Below are positions 10,294-19,219 of a DNA stretch of 64,000 bases, piece after piece. The translations under genes and the position numbers were made by a program. This stretch comes from Patescibacteria group bacterium (GTDB taxonomy: Bacteria > Patescibacteriota > Microgenomatia > Levybacterales > UBA12049). The notes under the pieces were generated by a model. It was not told the origin of the DNA. It saw nothing but the letters and a program-made list of their open reading frames with translations, and ran no database searches. The DNA lies in assembly GCA_038062115.1 (NCBI GenBank), contig JBBTXS010000004.1, positions 69,009 through 133,008 on the forward strand, written 5' to 3'. Position 1 is the stretch's first letter; each line of letters starts with the position of its first letter.

Positions 10294-12600
10294 ATGTTTT
10301 TATTACATTTCTTCAAGAAATATTGGGTAGTTCTTTTAATTAGTTTTTTCCTTTTCATAATTCCTTTTTTTTGGTTTAAGCCAGGAGAGGTAGATTTAGG
10401 CGGAGACGGAAATAGACTATATTTCTACGATCCGCTATCATTTATTAAAAATGTTAGCTTGTATGCTATAGATTCTGAGGGAAAGGGTAATGTTGAACAA
10501 AGACACGCTTATCTTGTATATGTTGGTTTATTAGCTTTAATAAAGCACTTTATTGACTCACCGCATCTGTTGATTAGCATATTTAACGGCATCAAACTTT
10601 CTGTTGGATTTTTATCTATATATTTTATAGTAAAAGAATTTATTCAGAGGGGTGAACAAAAAAACAAAAGAATTCTTGCAGTAGAGTTATCAGCGATTAT
10701 TGCCGGGATTTTTTATATAGTTGCTACGGGATCCGAAAAACTAATCTTTTTTTGGGTTAAAGCTCTTCATTCACATGATCAAGTATTTTTGAATCCACTT
10801 ATATTTCTTCTTTTAATGCGTTATTTTCTAACACAAAATAAGTGGTGGCTTTTGAGTTTTCTTTTTGTGAGTTTTGTATTTTCATCTAACTTTGCGCTTA
10901 TTTCCGCACCTCCACTTTTTGCATTCTATCCTATCGCAATAGTCTTTCTCTTGCTTTATGTTATTTTCATTAGAAAAAGAAAAATTTTGATTAAAGATGT
11001 AGCTATCGGAATAATACTTTTTTTGGGAATGCAATCGTTTCATCTTATAGCAGAAGCAGCAAGTCTGTTTGACTTGGGCAGTGCTGTTCATAGCGTTGTG
11101 TTTAAGGATGTAATAAATGGCGGGGTAAATTTTTTTGTTGCCGTTCACGGTGAGGGAAAGGCAAGTATTAGTTTTCTTATTCCATCACCGGAAGTCTCAC
11201 TTCGATGGACATCATTTATAGCGCCTCTTGTTATTATCCTTGGATATATGTTGCTGAAAAAAAAACAAAAAGCAATGTTGTTAACCAGTGTATTTTTCCT
11301 TCTTACATTTTTTCTCGTGACGGCAAACATAACAGATATAGGGTTAGAGTTTTATAAAAGACTTTTTTATATTCCAGGCTTTTCGACGTTTCGCCATTTT
11401 TTTGTTCAGTGGGCATTCATTTTTATATTTTTCTATGCAGTGCTATTTGGACTGTCTCTCTCTGTAATTTTTACAAGACTTAAGTCTTCTTATGTTAAAA
11501 TTTCTGCTTTTATTATTCTTCTATTTTTTATCATTGGCTTTTGGCAATTTTTAAATGGCAAACTTGTAGATGGGATTCAATGGGGATCCAATGGCGTTAA
11601 AACCGCAATGATTATGGACCCCCGTTATGAGAAGACTATTGATTTTATTAGAAAACTTCCAGATGAGGGAAAAATATTGATGCTTCCGCTTACCGATAAT
11701 TTTAATCAGGTACTTTATGGCATTAATAATGCGGCATATGTTGGACCTTCATCGATATCAATCTTGACACACAAAAAAAGCTTTGCTGGCTATCAAATTT
11801 TTGATAACTATCCTTATCTACTTTCTGAAGATATCTTGCGTCTATCTCGCGAGAAGAACTACGAAGCATTGTTGCAGATCTTTTCACTTTTTAATATACG
11901 CTATATATTTCACAACGCAGACCCTAAAGTGTATGAAGAAAAATTCCTGAACATTTTTCCATATGGTTATATGATGACTTCTCTTCCAAAAACGCAACAG
12001 GAATACAAAGAATTTGTCAAAAAATTTTCTGTACGCTTACTTTATAATAATGGCCCATTTAATCTCTTTGAGTTTGATAAGAAAGTATATCGACCAGAAG
12101 TATATATTCCTGACAGTATTTATCAAGATGATATGATACAGACTATAAGCAATCAGAAAGTATCTTACCAGTCGGCATTTATTGATAAAGATGTCTGCAA
12201 AAAAAACCGAAGTGTCTCTGATTTTTGTAAAGCAGAATATAAACCTCCCCATACAGAAATTACTGTAAAAAAAAATAATCCAGTTCAGTATGTAATTCAC
12301 GTAAAGCAATCTGGAGGCACATCTCCTTTTTTGTTAGTTTTTCAAAACAGTTATCATAAAGATTGGAAGTTATCACTTAATCAGAATTCTTCCTTAAGCG
12401 AAGAAAAGCACTTTTTAGTTAATAAATATGCGAACGCGTGGATTATTGCAGAAGATGATCGTAAAGGAAAAACTGATTATATTTTGACTCTCAATCTTGA
12501 AAAACAGAGGTACTTTCAGTACGGACTTCTTGTAACTGGTCTATCTTTATTTATTTTTTTTGGGCTTGTTGTAAAAACTATAGTAAAGAAAAAAAACTAA
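10294..12600 (+). CDS. GT-C-type membrane glycosyltransferase, AftD/DUF3367-like, paralog 1 of 4
   Basis: 768 aa. N-terminal FWFKPGEVDLGGDGNRLYFYDP, mid motif IPGFSTFRHFF, extracytoplasmic C-domain with YHKDWKL...NKYANAWII and a final TM anchor. Confidence 0.55.
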   Translation: MFLLHFFKKYWVVLLISFFLFIIPFFWFKPGEVDLGGDGNRLYFYDPLSFIKNVSLYAIDSEGKGNVEQRHAYLVYVGLLALIKHFIDSPHLLISIFNGIKLSVGFLSIYFIVKEFIQRGEQKNKRILAVELSAIIAGIFYIVATGSEKLIFFWVKALHSHDQVFLNPLIFLLLMRYFLTQNKWWLLSFLFVSFVFSSNFALISAPPLFAFYPIAIVFLLLYVIFIRKRKILIKDVAIGIILFLGMQSFHLIAEAASLFDLGSAVHSVVFKDVINGGVNFFVAVHGEGKASISFLIPSPEVSLRWTSFIAPLVIILGYMLLKKKQKAMLLTSVFFLLTFFLVTANITDIGLEFYKRLFYIPGFSTFRHFFVQWAFIFIFFYAVLFGLSLSVIFTRLKSSYVKISAFIILLFFIIGFWQFLNGKLVDGIQWGSNGVKTAMIMDPRYEKTIDFIRKLPDEGKILMLPLTDNFNQVLYGINNAAYVGPSSISILTHKKSFAGYQIFDNYPYLLSEDILRLSREKNYEALLQIFSLFNIRYIFHNADPKVYEEKFLNIFPYGYMMTSLPKTQQEYKEFVKKFSVRLLYNNGPFNLFEFDKKVYRPEVYIPDSIYQDDMIQTISNQKVSYQSAFIDKDVCKKNRSVSDFCKAEYKPPHTEITVKKNNPVQYVIHVKQSGGTSPFLLVFQNSYHKDWKLSLNQNSSLSEEKHFLVNKYANAWIIAEDDRKGKTDYILTLNLEKQRYFQYGLLVTGLSLFIFFGLVVKTIVKKKN

Positions 12601-15014
12601 TGATAAAATTTATTATTCCAACCAATTCAAAAATTCTTGTATACACTATTTGCATTATACTTTTTATTCTTCCGTTTTTTTGGCTTAAACCAGGAGAGGT
12701 AGAGTTAGGTGGAGATAGTAATCGGCTTTTTCTTTATGATCCCGGATCCTACCTGCAAGTTAATGGTTTATACAGTATTGAACCAGAAGGATTAGGAAAA
12801 TTAAGGCCAGACCAATTTATGCTTCCGTTCTTATTTGCCCTGAAACTTCTGTACGCTTTTTTTCATTCTCCCTATATTCTTATTTGCTTGTTAAATTCAC
12901 TAAAACTCGTTGGATCATTTATATTTATTTACCTTATCGTTGTTGAAATTTTAAAAAATCATACAGAAAAGAATAAATCTCTTTTTATTGATATAGCCGG
13001 TATGCTTGCCGGTCTTTTTTATACATTCTCTCCAAGCGTTGGTGAGAATATGCACGCTGCCCTTGTTACGCATAATCAAGTATTTTTAAATCCAATGATA
13101 TTCTATTTAATGTTGCGTTTTTTACTATCGCAGCAAAGTAAATATCTTTGGTTTATACTTTTGACAACATTGATTTTTTCGCCCAATTTTTCCTTGAAAG
13201 CGCCCCCTCCCCCTTTTTCTTTTTACCCTTTGGCATTTTTGTTTCTTGTCTTGTATGTAATGGTAGTCCTTAAAAAATCTTTGCCTTGGAAAAAGTTGTT
13301 TTGGGGATTAATTCTATTTTTAGGGATTCATGCTTTTCATATTATTCCCGTTTTGGCCAATATTTTTGATCCTGGTAGCGATTATAATGTGCGTGCGTTT
13401 GATGCCTATGTAAATAAAAATGAAGCCCTTGAATATTTTAATGCAACCTTAGGTCTCGGAAAAGTTAGTCATCAAGTACTCTACATATATTCTCTTCCCG
13501 AGCTACGGTGGACTACCTTTGCAGTACCGTTTGTTATCATTTTGGGAATTTTATTAAACAAGAAAAAACAAGGAGTATTGGTCCTCATAGCAGCTTTTTT
13601 CTTCATAACACTTTTTCTAGTATCTGCCAATATTACCCATATAGGTGTTGAGTTTTACAGAAAGTTGTTTTATGTTCCCGGATTTTCCATGTTTCGTGTT
13701 TTTTATGGACAATGGCAATGGGTATACACTTTTTTTTATTCGTTACTTTTTGGTTTTGCATTATTTATAGTTTTGTCAAGATTAAAACGAAGGTATGTAT
13801 ATGTTTTATCGGTTTTTCTAGCAGTCCTATTTACCTATAATAGCTGGACATTTATAAGTGGTCAGGTTTTGAAAACAATTCATTGGGGATCAAATAATAT
13901 GACTAATATTATAAAATTGAATCCAGACTACGAAAAGGCGCTAGCTTTTCTAAAAGCATTACCAGATGATGGTAAGGTTTTTAACTTTCCTTTTACAGAT
14001 TTCACTTATCAAGTTGTACCGGGAGTTAATAGAGGTGCATATATTGGTCCATCTCCTACAGCATATCTTACCGGAAGAAGAGACTTTTCCGGCTACCAAA
14101 CTATTCTTCCGTTTTCTGATATTTTCCTTAAACTAGTAAAAGAAAAAAACTATTCAGCTATAAAAAGATTATTTAGTATATTAGATGTGAAATACATCTT
14201 CTATATTGCAGATAAAAAGGCATATCAAGAATCTTTCCCTCAGTTTCCTTACTCATTATTCCTAGAGTCAATACCAAATTCTAAGTCTCTCACAAGCTTT
14301 GTTGGAAAGCTCTCTGATAGGAAAATATTTCAACAAGGAGATTACTTTATTTATCAGGTGAATAATGGAAATTATCTTCCGCATTTTTATGTTCCGACAA
14401 GTATCCTTCCGTATGATAATAAAGGTCAGAACGAGGAGGAAAATGTATCATTTTTTGTTGATAGTATCCAAGGTGACCCAAGGGTTGGATATATGGAGCG
14501 GAGTACTTGCGAGAAACTTTTTACACATTTAGATTGCAAGCAAAAGATTAAGAAGGAAAATATCCCATCAATTATTTATAAGCGAATTAATCCTATAAAA
14601 TATAGCGTAGAAGTGTCTGGCGCTAAAGTTCCATTTGTTCTAATATTTTCTGATCAATTTCATAAAGATTGGAAGGCTTATATTTCCAAAAAAGAACCTA
14701 AAAATATAGAAATTAAACAGAGTTATTTTAATGGAAGTATTCAAGAGTATAAGCATGAAGATGTTTTTTTTAACGACCGCACTTTTGAGACAAAAGACAT
14801 AAGAAGCATATCTGAAAAGCAGCATTTTACAATGAACGGATATGCAAATGTATGGTATATAATGCCAACTGACTTTTCAGGAAACGAAAATCATGAGATC
14901 ATTGTTGAAATGGTTGGGCAGAGAATATTTTATTACAGCTTAATAATATCATCGATAAGTTTATTAGTTTTTCTTTTATACGGGGCAAAACTCTTAATGA
15001 AGCAAAAGTTATGA
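12600..15014 (+). CDS. GT-C-type membrane glycosyltransferase, AftD/DUF3367-like, paralog 2 of 4
   Basis: 804 aa. FWLKPGEVELGGDSNRLFLYDP, VPGFSMFRVFYGQW, FHKDWKAY...NGYANVWYI. Its start overlaps the stop of paralog 1 by 1 nt. Confidence 0.55.
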   Translation: MIKFIIPTNSKILVYTICIILFILPFFWLKPGEVELGGDSNRLFLYDPGSYLQVNGLYSIEPEGLGKLRPDQFMLPFLFALKLLYAFFHSPYILICLLNSLKLVGSFIFIYLIVVEILKNHTEKNKSLFIDIAGMLAGLFYTFSPSVGENMHAALVTHNQVFLNPMIFYLMLRFLLSQQSKYLWFILLTTLIFSPNFSLKAPPPPFSFYPLAFLFLVLYVMVVLKKSLPWKKLFWGLILFLGIHAFHIIPVLANIFDPGSDYNVRAFDAYVNKNEALEYFNATLGLGKVSHQVLYIYSLPELRWTTFAVPFVIILGILLNKKKQGVLVLIAAFFFITLFLVSANITHIGVEFYRKLFYVPGFSMFRVFYGQWQWVYTFFYSLLFGFALFIVLSRLKRRYVYVLSVFLAVLFTYNSWTFISGQVLKTIHWGSNNMTNIIKLNPDYEKALAFLKALPDDGKVFNFPFTDFTYQVVPGVNRGAYIGPSPTAYLTGRRDFSGYQTILPFSDIFLKLVKEKNYSAIKRLFSILDVKYIFYIADKKAYQESFPQFPYSLFLESIPNSKSLTSFVGKLSDRKIFQQGDYFIYQVNNGNYLPHFYVPTSILPYDNKGQNEEENVSFFVDSIQGDPRVGYMERSTCEKLFTHLDCKQKIKKENIPSIIYKRINPIKYSVEVSGAKVPFVLIFSDQFHKDWKAYISKKEPKNIEIKQSYFNGSIQEYKHEDVFFNDRTFETKDIRSISEKQHFTMNGYANVWYIMPTDFSGNENHEIIVEMVGQRIFYYSLIISSISLLVFLLYGAKLLMKQKL

Positions 15015-15026
15015 TATAATTCATTC

Positions 15027-15398
15027 ATGAAGAAAATCCTAGCTAAAGCCCTCACATCTGAAAATATTGAAAAGATTGAGAAAATGATCTCTTTTTTAAA
15101 AGAAAATAAAAAAATAGTTTTAGCTCTTCTTGTTGTTTCCATATTTGTCGATATTTTTTTTGTAAAGACGAGTTCAGATATCGTGATTTTTAGCATCTTA
15201 TTTCTTTATGGAATTTTTATAAAAATTTTTCAAATAAAGGGCAGGCGGACTTTTTTGTTATGTCTTGCATTGCTGGTCGCTATGTTTATTAATTTTCTTT
15301 TTACCGGTCCTTCAATACCAACAGAAAAAGCAGCGGTATGGCTAGTTCTTTTTATGGCATTGGGAATTTTTCAACAATGGAGAGAATCTGCTAGATGA
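15027..15398 (+). CDS. small integral membrane protein
   Basis: 123 aa with 3 hydrophobic helices. ATGA overlap with the following gene suggests translational coupling. Confidence 0.4.
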   Translation: MKKILAKALTSENIEKIEKMISFLKENKKIVLALLVVSIFVDIFFVKTSSDIVIFSILFLYGIFIKIFQIKGRRTFLLCLALLVAMFINFLFTGPSIPTEKAAVWLVLFMALGIFQQWRESAR

Positions 15399-18300
15399 AA
15401 TATCGATTTATCCCCTCCTTTATAATTACGCTTTTTCTATTTCTTGCCCCGTTCTTCTGGTTTAAGGAAGGAAAGATGGATTTAGGAGGGGACAGTAGCA
15501 GGTTGTATTTCTATGATCCATTGCACTATCTTGCCAGTCAAGCACTCTATGCGATTTCTCACTCGGGGCTTGGAGGGGAGGGTCTAAGCTACTTTGGCAT
15601 ACCTTTTTTCTTATTTTTGGCTGGGCTTAAAAATATCCTTATCTCTCCAACACTTTTAATTGCTTTTGTTCATGGGTTTTCTTTAAGTATCGCATTCTTC
15701 TCCTGTTACCTTATTGTTAAACAGTTGCTTTTCCAAGACGAAGAAAAGAAAACAACACGCACTATCGTGATTACTGAAATCTGTGCTCTTATAGCAGGAT
15801 TGTACTATGTGTCTGCCCCGGTTTCTACCTTAATCTGGAGTCATATGCTGTTGACTGATAACCAGATATTCTTAAATCCCCTTATCTTCTTATTACTTCT
15901 TAGATATTTACTGACTCAGAATATGAGATACCTCTTTGTTGTTCTTGGGATTACATTTTTGTTCGCGGCAAACTTTAGTATTGTTGGAGCGCCGGCATTC
16001 TTTGCTTTTTATCCCCTGAGCCTTTTGTTTCTGGTTCTTTACACGATGTTTGTTGTACGCAAGCCGCTTCCGTTGAAAGGCATTGTCGTTGGAGTTATTC
16101 TGTTTTTTCTTTTACATGCGTTTCATCTTGCGCCCCAGATTGAGAGTCTTTTGACACCGGGAAGCCCTACTAACAATCTTGTGTTTTCTCAAGGAGCAAA
16201 GCTCGATAGCGGTCTTGGGTACTTTAATGCGCTTGTACCAGGTATTAAGCCGAGCATAAGTCTTTTGGGTTTACAGCAAATGGCGCCGCTCACTTTTTTC
16301 TCTTTTGTCTTTATTATCTTTCCCGTTGTGTTTGTTCTTGGACTCTTATGGAATAGCAGAAAATCAATGCTTTTAACCGGTATTTTTTTCCTCATTACCT
16401 TATTTTTTGTTACAGCAAATATTACAGCCATAGGACTCAAGTTTTATATGCTGCTCTTTCATATTCCCGGCTTTTCTATGTTTCGTGTTTTCTTCGGACA
16501 GTGGATGTGGGTTTTTCTGTTTTTTTATACACTGATTTTGGGTCAAGCGCTTTTAGTAGTCTTGGCTCGCATAAAAAAATGGCAGGGGATTTCACTTGTA
16601 TTATTCCTTATAGTGTTTTTAATAATTATCGCCTTGCCCTTCATTATAGGGAAAACCCTCCAGTATATCCATTGGCAAACGAAAGACGTAAGCGCAATTG
16701 TCGCTATGGATCCAAAATATGAAGAAGTCCTTTCATACCTTCGATCGCTCCCTATTGACGGAAAAATTCTTTCTCTTCCGCTTACAGATCCCGGCTATCA
16801 GGTGGTAAAAGGTGATAATGACGCAGCGTATGAAGGTCCTTCAATGATCACGTATCTTGCGGGAAGAAACGAGTTTATGGGTTTTGTCGAGTTTGAGTCC
16901 TTTGGCACAAGCTTTTTAAAAGCTGTAAAGGCAAGGGACTACGTTGCTATCCGTGACATCTTGGTTATGCTCAATATTAGGTACATTTACTACAACGAAG
17001 ATCCTTACATTTATGGAGATAACTTTCCAGGGCAACCCTATATTCATGTCAGCAATTTTCTTCCTGATACCCAAGCGGGTTACAAAGAGTTTATTAAAAA
17101 CTTAGGCGTCAAAGAGATAAAAACGATCGGAGATAAGTACCATATCTATGAAATCGATGATGCTTCTTATTTACCGCATATTTATGCGGCAGGGAAGATA
17201 GCGTACTGGAGTGATTATCTTGTAAATTTGCATACTCCACTCTCTTTTTATACACAAGACAAGCGAGTAGCTTTTTACGATGATAGTAAAATCTTAGAAA
17301 GACACCCAGAGATTTTTAATGACGTTCTTTTCAAAGCACAAAACAAAAGTTCTATTTTCGATTTTTTTAAGGTTAAGAAACTTCCCAGGTTTGTTTCTCC
17401 CACTGTGAAGCAAAAACTTTCTTCTGTACTGTATCCCTTCATTGTGCTGCGTGAAAAAATAGATCTTGCTCGATTTAAGGCTGTAAACGACCGCTATATA
17501 GATAGGAGCGTTTATTTTATAGAAAAACGTATTAATGAGTTGGCAAAGTGGGCAGGAGAAATACCAATATTCGGAAATGTTAAAAGTATAACTTATTTAA
17601 GCAATATTTGGCTAGAGCCAAAATTATGGGAGCTCCACAAGTATAAGGAATATAATTCATGGGAGGTTACGCTTGTTAGATACCAACAGTCAGTAGAAAA
17701 ACTTATTGATGCGTTAGAGAAAACAAAACAATCAAATTACTCAACTATTACAAATAAAGTTGAGCTGAAAAATGACCTCATAAAACATCAGAATAAGCTG
17801 CGACAAGCAATACGTGAAGATTCCGCAAAGTCAATATATGATAAAAAATATCTTCTGGATTTAGTTGACGGAATGTTTGCTGACATTCTTGATAAGCTAA
17901 ATCTTGATTTGCCGGATGATTGGATCATACCCTATGAGGTTAGAAATCCATTAGGGAATGGAATATATCAGGTTTATGTTAACAAAGATGATATAAAAAA
18001 TTTAGACATAACACTTAGTATTGATGGGAAGAGTATCTCGTCAAGACCCTTGGATACAGGTGAATGGATAAGGTTTGACGATATTCTTGTTAAGAATAAA
18101 CCTTTTTTGCGTGTTGCTATTAAGATAAATAAGATTCCAAATCTTGTTAGTGAGACAAAGTGGAAAACGGCCGAAGAAAGAAAAGGGGAGCTACTTACGC
18201 AAGCAAAAGTAGAGGGAGCTAAACAAAAAGACACTGGGGAAGGCGTAACAACTCTTACAATATCATACAGTTATTTAGGTAATACAAGCGGATTAATTCG

Positions 18301-19219
18301 CGATATCAGCAAATGGAGAGAAGATTCAATTTATGTTATTTCATTTGACTATCTCACTTATGATCAGAATTTTCTATTTACGCTATATGAGAGAGGAGGA
18401 ACAAAAAAGAACCGGTATGTGAATAATACACATAGTGAAATATTGCGTTCAAAAGAATGGAAGGAGTTTAGCGGGGTAATTCTTTCTAGGAACGATGCGC
18501 AATCTGCCTTTTTGCAAATTTCCAAAGATCAGGATGATATTCAAGGTCAAAATTACACGGAAGGCATAAAGAAAATTGATATAAGAAACTTATCGGTATT
18601 AAGAATTACCGATTCTCAGATTGCTGATCCTCGTATTGTCTTTAAAAAAGTAGTAAAAGCAAAAGAAAGATCGACTCCTCAAGTTATTTTTACAAAAATA
18701 AATCCGACCAAGTATAAAGTAACAATCCATGGCGCAAAAGATCCATACGCTCTTGTTTTGTCTGAAAGATTTAATCCAAAATGGAAGCTATTTCTTCCTA
18801 ATGGAGTCAATGAAGCAAAAACTCTAAAAGGCTTGATTTCAAGAACTTTAGGAGAGATTTTTTCATCTATTCTTCATGCGAATAATATTGTTATTTCATC
18901 AGAAGCAAGCAAAGAAATTTTGACCAGTTATTTTAATGACAATGTTATTGAAGGAATGCATAAAAATATTTTTTTGGATAGAAACACTTTTGAAACGTTT
19001 GGACAAGACCCGATTCTCGAGAAGACGCATTTGCCGGTAAATGGATACGCGAACGCTTGGTATATCAGTCCGGAAGATGTACAGAATAAGGAAGATTATA
19101 CGCTAATCATCGAAATGACTTCTCAAAAATTATTCTATGGAAGCTTGCTGATATCATTAGGGGGACTTTTGTTGCTGTTTTTTCTGTTTCTAAAATCGTT
19201 TATACAAATACGAAAGTGA
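15395..19219 (+). CDS. GT-C-type membrane glycosyltransferase, AftD/DUF3367-like, paralog 3 of 4, with a large extra extracytoplasmic region
   Basis: 1274 aa. FWFKEGKMDLGGDSSRLYFYDP, IPGFSMFRVFFGQW, FNPKWKLF...NGYANAWYI. It has about 430 more residues than paralog 2 between YLPHIY and INPTKY. Confidence 0.55.
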   Translation: MKYRFIPSFIITLFLFLAPFFWFKEGKMDLGGDSSRLYFYDPLHYLASQALYAISHSGLGGEGLSYFGIPFFLFLAGLKNILISPTLLIAFVHGFSLSIAFFSCYLIVKQLLFQDEEKKTTRTIVITEICALIAGLYYVSAPVSTLIWSHMLLTDNQIFLNPLIFLLLLRYLLTQNMRYLFVVLGITFLFAANFSIVGAPAFFAFYPLSLLFLVLYTMFVVRKPLPLKGIVVGVILFFLLHAFHLAPQIESLLTPGSPTNNLVFSQGAKLDSGLGYFNALVPGIKPSISLLGLQQMAPLTFFSFVFIIFPVVFVLGLLWNSRKSMLLTGIFFLITLFFVTANITAIGLKFYMLLFHIPGFSMFRVFFGQWMWVFLFFYTLILGQALLVVLARIKKWQGISLVLFLIVFLIIIALPFIIGKTLQYIHWQTKDVSAIVAMDPKYEEVLSYLRSLPIDGKILSLPLTDPGYQVVKGDNDAAYEGPSMITYLAGRNEFMGFVEFESFGTSFLKAVKARDYVAIRDILVMLNIRYIYYNEDPYIYGDNFPGQPYIHVSNFLPDTQAGYKEFIKNLGVKEIKTIGDKYHIYEIDDASYLPHIYAAGKIAYWSDYLVNLHTPLSFYTQDKRVAFYDDSKILERHPEIFNDVLFKAQNKSSIFDFFKVKKLPRFVSPTVKQKLSSVLYPFIVLREKIDLARFKAVNDRYIDRSVYFIEKRINELAKWAGEIPIFGNVKSITYLSNIWLEPKLWELHKYKEYNSWEVTLVRYQQSVEKLIDALEKTKQSNYSTITNKVELKNDLIKHQNKLRQAIREDSAKSIYDKKYLLDLVDGMFADILDKLNLDLPDDWIIPYEVRNPLGNGIYQVYVNKDDIKNLDITLSIDGKSISSRPLDTGEWIRFDDILVKNKPFLRVAIKINKIPNLVSETKWKTAEERKGELLTQAKVEGAKQKDTGEGVTTLTISYSYLGNTSGLIRDISKWREDSIYVISFDYLTYDQNFLFTLYERGGTKKNRYVNNTHSEILRSKEWKEFSGVILSRNDAQSAFLQISKDQDDIQGQNYTEGIKKIDIRNLSVLRITDSQIADPRIVFKKVVKAKERSTPQVIFTKINPTKYKVTIHGAKDPYALVLSERFNPKWKLFLPNGVNEAKTLKGLISRTLGEIFSSILHANNIVISSEASKEILTSYFNDNVIEGMHKNIFLDRNTFETFGQDPILEKTHLPVNGYANAWYISPEDVQNKEDYTLIIEMTSQKLFYGSLLISLGGLLLLFFLFLKSFIQIRK

